Assembly (NCBI GenBank): GCA_964036045.1
Contig: OZ038378.1
Coordinates: 141,236,001-141,300,000, forward strand
DNA from: Eutreptiella sp. 'Long Island Sound 2002'
Lineage: Eukaryota > Protista > Euglenida
Reading direction: 5' to 3'
DNA: 64,000 nucleotides
Shown: in pieces, positions 10,181 through 23,072 of the stretch
Position numbering within the stretch: the first letter of the stretch is position 1
Layout: every line of letters begins with the position of its first letter
The notes under the pieces: model-generated
The model's input: the letters and a program-made list of their open reading frames with translations, nothing else
Databases searched by the model: none
What the model was told of the DNA's origin: nothing
Position numbers and translations under genes: made by a program

Positions 10181-12900
10181 TTGTGTGAGGGACAATCACA
10201 CAAATATTTAGGAAGAAGGCTTGGAACAGGTTGCAAGTGGCGGACCTCATTTTCATAAACTATCAAAAGTAAGAGAAAAATGCCCTTTTTTAGGCAATTT
10301 GTGTGCCTAGCTTGTCTTTGGAGGGGTCCATTTGCATCGAAACCAACCTAGATGAGAAACAAACACCTCTGATAACTCTCGAGCGCATGTTGAGCCAAAT
10401 TAGAGGCTCCAGAGACTTTGGGCGGATGTTGCTGTGACGCCACAACAGTGTTTCCCGTAGCGAGGTCCTCGAAAAAGAGGTCTTGCGACAACATGGGCGT
10501 GACAGTGCGGGGGTGGTTGGAAATTGTCCCCCTCTTTGTACACTTTGTCGATTTGCTACTGTTTGCCACCCAAAGAATACGCGGGCGATAGGAAGACGGT
10601 TGGCTGCCCATGTCGAGGCTTTTGTGGAGGTGGTATGTCGTCATATGTGCCCTAAATGACTCTGCTTGCTCAAGAGACATGCCCCGTAACACTAACCACG
10701 CACCTCTCACCCGTAAACCTCCACCCTCCATGCCGGCGAAACACCCTAGGCTATAACACTGAAAACTGCCCATTTCAAGGCTTTTTTCCAGCTTGCATGG
10801 GCTCAAGTGGGTGCAAGATGGCTGAAAATAGCCATCAACCACTTGTTTGAGCTCGCAAGTTGTCTTGGAACAACGTTGCAAAAACCCACTTTCGAACACT
10901 TTTGGACCCACAGGCCACCCCATAACCCTGGGCTAGCATATGCATTGCGCCCGCTCCACCACACCACTATGCCTCAGGGCGCATCGAGTCATTGGCGTGC
11001 AAAAGAATTAAAAACGTGACACTTTCCGACTAGAACAATTGTTGAGTTTGTTTCCAAGCACTGCTTGATTCTTTTCAGTGCATCTGCAAATGTGCTTGAA
11101 ACAATCGCACCCATTCAAACCCCCCCTCCCCTCTTTACCGGTCTGGAGTGCGCGGAAATGATCTAGGAACAAGTTTGGAATATTTGGTTTTTGGCCAGGT
11201 TTGGGCCCACATGCACCATGCACGTAGCCAGGGCTCATAGGGCATTGAACAATGTTGACAACATGAACCTACATTGCAAGAAATCACCCTCATTACTCTT
11301 TGTCACCACAAGGGTGCCCAATGCATTCCATCGCAGTCAAACACGGTATAGGAAGGTGGAACTTGAAAAAGTATGCCAAAAGGGTGCTTTGCTAGGCTCA
11401 TTTTACGGTAATTTGGGCCCCAAAAGAGGTTGTTGGGCCCAATAATCTTATGCAAAACACACTAGACACTTATCAAAGGTGTTTGTTCATCATCTAGGTT
11501 GGACCCAATGCAAATGGACCCTCCGTTGACATCATGGACACCCAAATTGCCCACAAAAGGGCAGGTTTTGGCCCTTTTTCATGGATTTTGAAAACTGTGT
11601 CGAGCCCTTGCTATACCCCCTCCCGGCCACCAACGTTGAATTTCTAGCTCACACTTTGTGTGATGGTCCTTCACGTCCATCATTGATCATCCAACTGAAA
11701 TTTGGGTTGAATTCAAAGCACCACGACGGAGTTGTGATTTTTGCCCATTTGGCGCATGCGTGCTTCCGGTTGATGCGGTTGGTGTTGCTGCTTCCTTGCT
11801 AAACTTAGAGCCTAGACCCTAAAGAGGCTTACAAAATCAAAATTGGCTCCACCAGCTCGGTGACCCTGACCCTAATCAACATTGAGCAATGGGACCAAAG
11901 TAGTGGGGAAGGGAGTGTCGGCTACAGAGCTGAATAAGGAAGCACGTTGAGGGAAACCAAGTACGATTCCTACCACATCCCCCGCTCTTCCACCGTTGAA
12001 ACGCTTCATCGCTCACTTCGCTCCCTCTAGAGACATGCCACCCTACACTCCTCTGGCATCCCCCCCGCATTCCCCTTGCAACCCCCTTTGCTACACGCTC
12101 CGTCCAATATTGCCCACTTCAAGGATTCTTTTGTGACGTTGTATGCGCTCATGGCTCCACTCCCTAAAAAGAGATGCCCCCAAGCACACCTCACATATCA
12201 CCCTTCCGACCGCATTCCCGGCGAAACTCCTTGCGGTGCACTATTAGTCCCAAAATTGCCCATTTCAGTTTTTGGGGCTTGCATGGGCTCACATTGGTCC
12301 AATATGGCTCAAAACAACCAGAAACCACTTGTTTGATGATTTTCGGAACTACACGTGAACCCTGTAATCCGAGCACGTGCAGCATGCACACTGGTGGTGC
12401 AAGCAGGGCATTGAAGGGTGCTGGCAACATGGAACTATGATGCAACTGATCCCTTTCATGATCATTTATCACCACAAGGGTGTCCAGCACACTTCATTGC
12501 GAAAAAAAACAACACAAGAAGGTGGAACTTGAAAGAAACATGCAAAAAGGGTGCTTTTCAAGACTGATTTTGTGGCACTTTGGGCCCGAAAAGAGGTTGT
12601 TGAGCCAACTCCTCAAGTGCAACACTGATCACACAGGTGTCAAATGTGTCTCTTTATTATCAAGGTTGGCTCCAATGCAAATGACCCCTTCCAGGGACAT
12701 CCTAGGCATCCAAATTGGACAAAAAAGCACTTTTTTTTGGCCATTTTTGGCGGAGCTTCAAAGCTAAGTCCGCCACTTGCAACACTCACTCCCAGCCGCC
12801 ACCGTTTGGTTTCTTGCTGGAATTTTGTTTGATTGTCCTTCACATCCATAGGCCAAAATTCACACAAAACCCGCCGAAGTTTCGGCCGAACACGTGACGC
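10181..12900. repeat. Mosaic of family A (forward) and family B (forward and reverse) repeat copies
   Basis: 10290-10380 is the reverse complement of about 11460-11560. 11600-12090 is a reverse copy of 7350-7780. 12240-12720 resembles 6990-7330. 12700-12870 is a reverse copy of 32520-32680. Confidence 0.75.
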
Positions 12901-13610
12901 GCAACGCCAAAAGATCTTCACCACACCAAAAGATCTTCACCACGCATCCAGTCATTGTATCCCAGAATTGTTGTGGCGCAATTTGCTCCCCTCCGGGCCC
13001 CAGGTACACTGTGGACGGCGCGAGCGCGTGGCATGGCACCAATACCATGCCCAACATGGTGTGCGCCAGGTACGGCGGCGGCTCAGCACGGCCCCTTGCT
13101 GGTCGTACTCACCGCCACACCAGTGCATATTGGTACCGGCATGTACACCGAGCTAGGGCCAAGAACAGCCAAGCCCAACCCTACCAACTTTGTACTCGGG
13201 CACTAGCTGTGGTTTGTCTGCAAGACGCCTAAATCCCGGCAGCCCGGAAAACACGATCAAGACTCCGGACGCCTCCACTAGTGGGTGTCACCCCTTGCGG
13301 CAGCACCAAACCTATCACACCCGCCTCTGGGCCTTGTGTTACCTTGACCACTATGCCCATAATGCCTCGCTTCAACACGAGGCGCAGTTGGCAGCACGGT
13401 AATGGGCCGAGCCCTAGCTCCAACGATGCCGCCATGATTTGATGCACACTCCACTCACATCACGAATTGACCTTGGCAACAGCTTGCTCGGCAGTAGGCA
13501 TGTGTGCCTCACAACCATGCGACGAGCGATGGCTTGGTTATGAAGACAGCGCACAACCATGGCCAAGCACTTCCTTTGGACAAGCGAAAGCCAACAATGA
13601 AGGGCCCAAG

Positions 13611-14330
13611 TCACCACATCTGATGACCGTCATTCCTCCATAAAAGCTTTTGCCATTGAGGTGTGGCGCTTACCTCCCGCCCTGGACATTGCCTCCTCTT
13701 TCCTTGTATATGAGCTTCGGGGGTCCATTGTATCATATACTTGAGCTGCTCGATTCCCAATAACTTCCTAGTGTACTTGTGAACATTTTGAGTCAGCCCC
13801 CCCCCCCAAAAAAAAAACAACGTTGTGTAGAACTAGACGCCAATACCTTGGAACCGAATTTGACATTAGTGAAAATTAAAGAGTGGTGTGGAACAAAACC
13901 AATTGGGAAAAACCATATTCTAAAGCATGCCATTTCACTAAGTTGACTAGAACTAGACACTATTACTTTGGCACTGGGTTTCGCAGTATTCACATTTAAA
14001 CAATTGTTTAGAACCACACACTCTTTCAAATTTTAGAGGGAACCCGCTGTCGCTAATTGAATTCCGTGGTGCGCTGCTTGGGTGTTGGGTCTTGTGCTCT
14101 TTGAATTTCGCTACTGCAAAATGTAGTTTCGGAGGTATTGGTAGGTTTTCGGAGATCTTCAACAACATTCTCTACCTCAGCAGCATGAGACGGCCCAACG
14201 TGCACGTCACCGTGCAAAATGTTGGTTGCGGTACCCTCAACACTTTGGATGAAGACATGTTTTTTGTACTTTGTAGCCCAATGTTCTACTCATCGAGATA
14301 CAGAGGGAATTTGCGCAGTGCATTTCAAAG
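13611..14330 (-). mobile_element. Degenerate, internally deleted non-LTR (RTE-like) ORF2 fragment
   Basis: IQWTPEAHIQGKRRQCPGR...W resembles the W.P...KR..GRP...W C-terminus of RTE-type LINEs. Upstream frames (TFCSSEIQRA, SSAP, VLNNCLN) resemble the pre-RT region. Many stops; AT-richer than the flanks. Confidence 0.4.
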
Positions 14331-14748
14331 ATTTGTCTAGGACCGAGAACCAAACACCAATGCCTTCGGAGTTGGATTAGACAGTAGTGACAACTAAGGA
14401 GTTGATTAGAACCCGACACCAATTGGTAGAATATTTTGTTTGTTCTGGCCTACATTCACCATGGAATGCCCCCTTGTTGTGGCACTCAAGATCAACTTGG
14501 AGGAGCATAGCAGAGCTCAATTGTGTGGGGGAATCCTTGCACTGCGCGCGCACTGCAGACGCACTGCGCGCTACTTTTAGACTATGTTCCCCCAGAAGAG
14601 CCCCTAGGCACGCCCCTTGGAGACGCCCTTAGAATTAGGTGACCCAAACTGCCCCAGCTCAAGAAAATTGCAAACTACCTTCCCTTCACATAACACACAT
14701 CATGCACAGCGTCTCGAACAGCCATGAACAGCGTATTGGTTGCCCCCC

Positions 14749-15110
14749 TCAACATCCTCTAATGTAGAGGGGGAGTCGGCCGGGGGTACCTCCTTTCGTA
14801 TGTGCATCGAAACCTTTGTCGACATAATACGACGACCGTTGCGGCGACAGCCCCGCGGAGGCAATTTCCGCTACGAGATTATTCGGAGTTGAACTACTCA
14901 CCCTCTGGCGGGTCTTTCGCTTCACCAGCCACATCAACCCTCGTAAGTTGATGCGACCAGCCGGACGAAGAATTTGATGGCGAATTCAAATGCGACTTGG
15001 CTTGGAATCACAGGCATAGCACAATTCAAAGAGATGGGTAGTATCCTGCACAAAGACATGGTCCAAATAGCCCTTGCAAATAGAGATAAAGTGTGAAAAA
15101 GGGTGGAAAT
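14749..15110 (-). mobile_element. Possible DDE transposase fragment
   Basis: CYACDSKPSRI followed after a frameshift by SYYVDKGFDA resembles the CDS.. and .D(K/R)GF/Y motifs of piggyBac- or IS5/Harbinger-type transposases. Short and interrupted. Confidence 0.25.
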
Positions 15111-16109
15111 GGGTGAAATTGGGTGAAATTCCAAAAATGCTATATCCCCAATGTGGAAAAAGCATCAAAACCTACGCAACAGGGTAACGATGATGCCCCT
15201 ATGATCTCAAAGCATGGGTCTCCAGTACGGCCAGACGCCCAAATAGTTGCACTGCGCGCGCACTGCACGCGCACTGCGCTTAAGGCCCCCCCTGTGATAG
15301 CCCTGCATTTGTGCGGTTAGTGGCATCGGCAAACAGTTGGAGAATCCTTGCACTGCACGCTACTTTTTTGTTGCTCGACTTTCGAAGTGTGTGACCCATG
15401 ACGACAGGCATCAATGCGGGAAAGTGCTCAAGAACAACCCTGGAATGAAGTGTATCTGAGGCGTGACAACTTAAGATCCCCACAGGGTGAGTAGGTTGGA
15501 TTGCGACTGTGTTTCATACCTGCTGGAGGGGTATACCATCGAGTACAGCAATTGCTGTCACACCTAAGGCAATCAGGAGAAATGTATTCGAAAAAGAGTA
15601 CAGACCGGTATGCAGTGGACCACCAGCTATCACTGTGCTCAGTGGGTGTCATGAAGCTTCAAAGCCCAAGGGGGCAGGGATAAATCACATCAGAAATGAG
15701 CAAGAAAACTGTAGCCTGGCAGTCAGTGTGTGTGTGGGTGTTGGGGGGGGGGGGGGGCAAAGCAACAATGTCATGTATGTTTCCATACGATTTGCCACCG
15801 AGCTCGGCGTTGTTGCTCGCAGATGGGCGCGAGATTTATGTCGACCACATCACCACACGGACAGGCTGGGACTCAAAACCGCCTCTCTAGCCCGCGCAAC
15901 GAGTGTGTGGCCACTCCACTCCGACGACTCTGATAAACAATGCGCAAAAAAGGACCGATGTGGAAACCAACCACAATCAAAAGTGGGCAGTAACGGAGAT
16001 GCCCATCACAATGCAGTCAACAACTGGAGAGAGGCACAGGCACACTCATGGAGTCAGTCGACACATCCCGTCTACCACGTGAAATGTGCAGACCGCTGCC
16101 GACCATGTG

Positions 16110-16186
16110 AAAAGTGCACAAGGCCAGGGTTCGAACCAGGATCTCCCCAGGCAGGGGACTGGGTGTGTTGCCACTCCACTCCGCCA
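16110..16186 (-). mobile_element. tRNA-derived SINE head or tRNA pseudogene
   Basis: Minus strand TGGCGGAGTGGAGTGGCAACACA-CCCAG-tcccctgc-CTGGG-GAGAT-CCTGGTTCGAACCCTGG: A-box-like segment, anticodon-like stem with an 8-nt loop, B-box GGTTCGAACC. No proper acceptor stem. A partial second copy of the A-box part lies at about 15902-15927. Confidence 0.6.
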
Positions 16187-16560
16187 CCTTTCTTCACCAA
16201 ACCTTCATGTTGGATACTGTTCTTCAACAAAAAATGAGTCTCCAGAAAAAGAGGTGATGCGAACAACGTTTTTCTTTGCGTAAAATCAATCTTTGGCCCC
16301 CAGAAAAAAATGAAAGTGTGCCTCAGACTTTTTCCCAGCTGCCACCCACTCTTTCGTGGCTGTTGCTTGCGAGGCTGTCCCTTGGAGACTGCGCCTGCAG
16401 ACCTGTCTCACGTGGACAGCCTCTTTGCTGCGTGCTCCAGTGACGGGTCTGGGGGCTGGGGATGGGGGGCCACAAGAGCTAGCAAACACAGGGCAGGGCA
16501 AGATGCCCAGCACAAAGCAAGCGCTGTCCCTACTTCGAGACCTCGCCCGCTTTCCTGCGC

Positions 16561-19500
16561 CAACAGGATGCGACACACCACGTTGGGGATACTTAAGTGC
16601 CTCCACACAACAGGATGCGACACACCACGTTGGGGATACTCAAGTGCCTCCACACAACAGGATGCGACACACCACGTTGGGGATACTCAAGTGCCTCCAC
16701 ACAACAGGATGCGACACACCACGTTGGGGATACTTAAGTGCCTCCACACAACAGGATGCGACACACCACGTTGGGGATACTCAAGTGCCTCCACACAACA
16801 GGATGCGACACACCACGTTGGGGATACTCAAGTGCCTCCACACAACAGGATGCGACACACCGGCGTTGGGGATACTCAAGTGCCTCCACACAACAGGATG
16901 CGACACACCACGTTGGGGATACTCAAGTGCCTCCACACAACAGGATGCGACACACCACGTTGGGGATACTCAAGTGCCTCCACACAACAGGATGCGACAC
17001 ACCACGTTGGGGATACTCAAGTGCCTCCACACAACAGGATGCGACACACCACGTTGGGGATACTCAAGTGCCTCCACACAACAGGATGCGACACACCGGC
17101 GTTGGGGATACTCAAGTGCCTCCACACAACAGGATGCGACACACCACGTTGGGGATACTCAAGTGCCTCCACACAACAGGATGCGACACACCACGTTGGG
17201 GATACTCAAGTGCCTCCACACAACAGGATGCGACACACCGGCGTTGGGGATACTCAAGTGCCTCCACACAACAGGATGCGACACACCACGTTGGGGATAC
17301 TCAAGTGCCTCCACACAACAGCATGCGACACACCACGTTGGGGATACTCAAGTGCCTCCACACAACAGGATGCGACACACCACGTTGGGGATACTTAAGT
17401 GCCTCCACACAACAGGATGCGACACACCACGTTGGGGATACTCAAGTGCCTCCACACAACAGGATGCGACACACCAAGTTGGGGATACTTAAGTGCCTCC
17501 ACACAACAGGATGCGACACACCACGTTGGGGATACTCAAGTGCCTCCACACAACAGGATGCGACACACCACGTTGGGGATACTCAAGTGCCTCCACACAA
17601 CAGGATGCGACACACCACGTTGGGGATACTCAAGTGCCTCCACACAACAGGATGCGACACACCGGCGTTGGGGATACTCAAGTGCCTCCACACAACAGGA
17701 TGCGACACACCACGTTGGGGATACTCAAGTGCCTCCACATAACAGGATGCGACACACCACGTTGGGGATACTCAAGTGCCTCCACACAACAGGATGCGAC
17801 ACACCACGTTGGGGATACTCAAGTGCCTCCACACAACAGGATGCGACACACCACGTTGGGGATACTTAAGTGCCTCCACACAACAGGATGCGACACACCA
17901 CGTTGGGGATACTCAAGTGCCTCCACACAACAGGATGCGACACACCACGTTGGGGATACTCAAGTGCCTCCACACAACAGGATGCGACACACCACGTTGG
18001 GGATACTCAAGTGCCTCCACACAACAGGATGCGACACACCGGCGTTGGGGATACTCAAGTGCCTCCACACAACAGGATGCGACACACCACGTTGGGGATA
18101 CTCAAGTGCCTCCACACAACAGGATGCGACACACCACGTTGGGGATACTCAAGTGCCTCCACACAACAGGATGCGACACACCACGTTGGGGATACTCAAG
18201 TGCCTCCACACAACAGGATGCGACACACCACGTTGGGGATACTCAAGTGCCTCCACACAACAGGATGCGACACACCGGCGTTGGGGATACTCAAGTGCCT
18301 CCACACAACAGGATGCGACACACCACGTTGGGGATACTCAAGTGCCTCCACACAACAGGATGCGACACACCACGTTGGGGATACTCAAGTGCCTCCACAC
18401 AACAGGATGCGACACACCGGCGTTGGGGATACTCAAGTGCCTCCACACAACAGGATGCGACACACCACGTTGGGGATACTCAAGTGCCTCCACACAACAG
18501 CATGCGACACACCACGTTGGGGATACTTAAGTGCCTCCACACAACAGGATGCGACACACCACGTTGGGGATACTTAAGTGCCTCCACACAACAGGATGCG
18601 ACACACCACGTTGGGGATACTCAAGTGCCTCCACACAACAGGATGCGACACACCACGTTGGGGATACTTAAGTGCCTCCACACAACAGGATGCGACACAC
18701 CACGTTGGGGATACTCAAGTGCCTCCACACAACAGGATGCGACACACCACGTTGGGGATACTCAAGTGCCTCCACACAACAGGATGCGACACACCACTTT
18801 GGGGATACTCAAGTGCCTCCACACAACAGGATGCGACACACCGGCGTTGGGGATACTCAAGTGCCTCCACACAACAGGATGCGACACACCACGTTGGGGA
18901 TACTCAAGTGCCTCCACATAACAGGATGCGACACACCACGTTGGGGATACTCAAGTGCCTCCACACAACAGGATGCGACACACCACGTTGGGGATACTCA
19001 AGTGCCTCCACACAACAGGATGCGACACACCACGTTGGGGATACTCAAGTGCCTCCACACAACAGGATGCGACACACCACGTTGGGGATACTCAAGTGCC
19101 TCCACACAACAGGATGCGACACACCGGCGTTGGGGATACTCAAGTGCCTCCACACAACAGGATGCGACACACCACATTGGGGATACTCAAGTGCCTCCAC
19201 ACAACAGGATGCGACACACCACGTTGGGGATACTTAAGTGCCTCCACACAACAGGATGCGACACACCACGTTGGGGATACTTAAGTGCCTCCACACAACA
19301 GGATGCGACACACCACGTTGGGGATACTCAAGTGCCTCCACACAACAGGATGCAACACACCACGTTGGGGATACTCAAGTGCCTCCACACAACAGGATGC
19401 GACACACCACGTTGGGGATACTTAAGTGCCTCCACACAACAGGATGCGACACACCACGTTGGGGATACTCAAGTGCCTCCACACAACAGGATGCGACACA

Positions 19501-22220
19501 CCACGTTGGGGATACTTAAGTGCCTCCACACAACAGGATGCGACACACCACGTTGGGGATACTCAAGTGCCTCCACACAACAGGATGCGACACACCACGT
19601 TGGGGATACTCAAGTGCCTCCACACAACAGGATGCGACACACCACGTTGGGGATACTTAAGTGCCTCCACACAACAGGATGCGACACACCACGTTGGGGA
19701 TACTTAAGTGCCTCCACACAACAGGATGCGACACACCACGTTGGGGATACTTAAGTGCCTCCACACAACAGGATGCGACACACCACGTTGGGGATACTTA
19801 AGTGCCTCCACACAACAGGATGCGACACACCACGTTGGGGATACTCAAGTACCTCCACACAACAGGATGCGACACACCACGTTGGGGATACTCAAGTGCC
19901 TCCACACAACAGGATGCGACACACCACGTTGGGGATACTTAAGTGCCTCCACACAACAGGATGCGACACACCACGTTGGGGATACTTAAGTGCCTCCACA
20001 CAACAGGATGCGACACACCACGTTGGGGATACTCAAGTACCTCCACACAACAGGATGCGACACACCGGCGTTGGGGATACTCAAGTGCCTCCACACAACA
20101 GGATGCGACACACCACGTTGGGGATACTCAAGTGCCTCCACACAACAGGATGCGACACACCACGTTGGGGATACTCAAGTGCCTCCACACAACAGGATGC
20201 GACACACCACATTGGGGATACTCAAGTGCCTCCACACAACAGGATGCGACACACCACGTTGGGGATACTTAAGTGCCTCCACACAACAGGATGCGACACA
20301 CCACGTTGGGGATACTCAAGTACCTCCACACAACAGGATGCGACACACCGGCGTTGGGGATACTCAAGTGCCTCCACACAACAGGATGCGACACACCACG
20401 TTGGGGATACTCAAGTGCCTCCACACAACAGGATGCGACACACCACGTTGGGGATACTCAGGTGCCTCCACACAACAGGATGCGACACACCACGTTGGGG
20501 ATACTCAAGTGCCTCCACACAACAGGATGCGACACACCGGCGTTGGGGATACTCAAGTGCCTCCACACAACAGGATGCGACACACCACGTTGGGGATACT
20601 CAAGTGCCTCCACATAACAGGATGCGACACACCACGTTGGGGATACTCAAGTGCCTCCACACAACAGGATGCGACACACCACGTTGGGGATACTCAAGTG
20701 CCTCCACACAACAGGATGCGACACACCACATTGGGGATACTCAAGTGCCTCCACACAACAGGATGCGACACACCACGTTGGGGATACTCAAGTGCCTCCA
20801 CACAACAGGATGCGACACACCACGTTGGGGATACTCAAGTGCCTCCACACAACAGGATGCGACACACCACATTGGGGATACTCAAGTGCCTCCACACAAC
20901 AGGATGCGACACACCACGTTGGGGATACTCAAGTGCCTCCACACAACAGGATGCGACACACCGGCGTTGGGGATACTCAAGTGCCTCCACACAACAGGAT
21001 GCGACACACCACGTTGGGGATACTCAAGTGCCTCCACACAACAGGATGCGACACACCACGTTGGGGATACTCAAGTGCCTCCACACAACAGGATGCGACA
21101 CACCACGTTGGGGATACTCAAGTGCCTCCACACAACAGGATGCGACACACCACGTTGGGGATACTTAAGTGCCTCCACACAACAGGATGCGACACACCAC
21201 GTTGGGGATACTTAAGTGCCTCCACACAACAGGATGCGACACACCACGTTGGGGATACTCAAGTGCCTCCACACAACAGGATGCGACACACCACGTTGGG
21301 GATACTCAAGTGCCTCCACACAACAGGACGCGACACACCACGTTGGGGATACTTAAGTGCCTCCACACAACAGGATGCGACACACCACGTTGGGGATACT
21401 CAAGTGCCTCCACACAACAGGATGCGACACACCACGTTGGGGATACTTAAGTGCCTCCACACAACAGGATGCGACACACCACGTTGGGGATACTTAAGTG
21501 CCTCCACACAACAGGATGCGACACACCACGTTGGGGATACTCAAGTGCCTCCACACAACAGGATGCGACACACCACGTTGGGGATACTTAAGTGCCTCCA
21601 CACAACAGGATGCGACACACCACGTTGGGGATACTTAAGTGCGTCCACACAACAGGATGCGACACACCACGTTGGGGATACTCAAGTGCCTCCACACAAC
21701 AGGATGCGACACACCACGTTGGGGATACTTAAGTGCCTCCACACAACAGGATGCGACACACCACGTTGGGGATACTCAAGTGCCTCCACACAACAGGATG
21801 CGACACACCACGTTGGGGATACTCAAGTGCCTCCACACAACAGGATGCGACACACCACGTTGGGGATACTTAAGTGCCTCCACACAACAGGATGCGACAC
21901 ACCACGTTGGGGATACTTAAGTGCCTCCACACAACAGGATGCGACACACCACGTTGGGGATACTTAAGTGCCTCCACACAACAGGATGCGACACACCACG
22001 TTGGGGATACTTAAGTGCCTCCACACAACAGGATGCGACACACCACGTTGGGGATACTCAAGTGCCTCCACACAACAGGATGCGACACACCACGTTGGGG
22101 ATACTCAAGTGCCTCCACACAACAGGATGCGACACACCACGTTGGGGATACTCAAGTGCCTCCACACAACAGGATGCGACACACCGGCGTTGGGGATACT
22201 CAAGTGCCTCCACACAACAG
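16561..22220 (+). repeat. Tandem satellite: 47-bp unit CAACAGGATGCGACACACCACGTTGGGGATACTCAAGTGCCTCCACA, about 120 copies, with 48-bp GGC variants and higher-order structure
   Basis: Continuous head-to-tail array starting and ending in CAACAG, with only point variants and no unique spacers. Confidence 0.98.
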
Positions 22221-23060
22221 GTATGACAAGGGTACAGAGACTTCTCGCGAACGAAAACAGCGGAAGAGAAAGGCCGTGGCAAAGTTCCAATTCAGGAAAA
22301 ACTGCTCTTTTAAGCGGCTCCTGGTCGCCTCAGACTTCAGGGGCCTCGAATTTTGGGTAGTGACACTAGTCCCCAGAAGTCGGGGGAGGGGGGGGGGGGG
22401 GCTTGAACCCCTTCGCCCCCACCCCCTCCCTCAAGCAAGTCCCTAGAGGGGCGGGTGGAGGGGCGGCAACGGCATACAGATACCCAAATGGTCTCCTAAA
22501 AGTTCCCATGGATAATGTCCAGAGTTGACACCTGACGCTCCCATTTCGGAATTTCGATGCACAACGTCGCGATTGTTGATTCCAGCAGCACTTTTTGGTG
22601 TGGCGGTTGGTCTTTTCCCTCGGACCCGCTTTGGACCGAGGCAACGTCGAGCGTCGGGCCTTTGGCGACCGACGAATATTGCCCCCACCTATCAGAGGCC
22701 AGTACACACCTCAACGAGTTATAATACATGTGTTCCAACGGATTCCACCGGAACGAAGAGCCTCCGACGGGGGCCTTCATGCGTGCTTCAGTCACACTGT
22801 CACAAGGCGTGCTCTCAAGAGAAACTGAGAATATACACCGACGGTAAGCGCTGCAGAGGCAGGACCACGCTCTCAAGAGGAATCCTGGGTCCGAGTACCG
22901 TGCGTCAGGACTTGTCGCTCCTACACCCCGCCCCCCCCCCCCTGTCTAAGAGGCGGGCAGGTCCCATATCAATCCGCCACATACACCCGATGCATCTTAG
23001 ACAGGGGCTACCTTGCAAGCCGCAGTTGAACTGCATCCTGCAGGCACTTGGACACACCCG

Positions 23061-23072
23061 GCTCTGATACCA
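23061..23072 (-). promoter_or_regulatory. tRNA-iMet primer-binding-site motif TGGTATCAGAGC
   Basis: Exact 12-mer gctctgatacca on the plus strand. This is the common LTR-retrotransposon PBS, but no flanking TG...CA LTR pair was identified. Confidence 0.4.

Noticed and set aside
16110-16186. Functional tRNA gene
   Set aside because: No acceptor stem, an 8-nt anticodon loop and a mismatched T-stem; treated as SINE head or pseudogene.
16561-22220. CRISPR array
   Set aside because: Units are contiguous and near-identical with no unique spacers, no cas genes are present, and the context is eukaryotic.
16310-22446. Long repetitive ORFs (PPHNRMRHTTLGILK...) as real proteins
   Set aside because: The 47-bp period is not a multiple of 3, the same peptide appears in all frames, and frequent TAA variants and 48-bp indels are tolerated.
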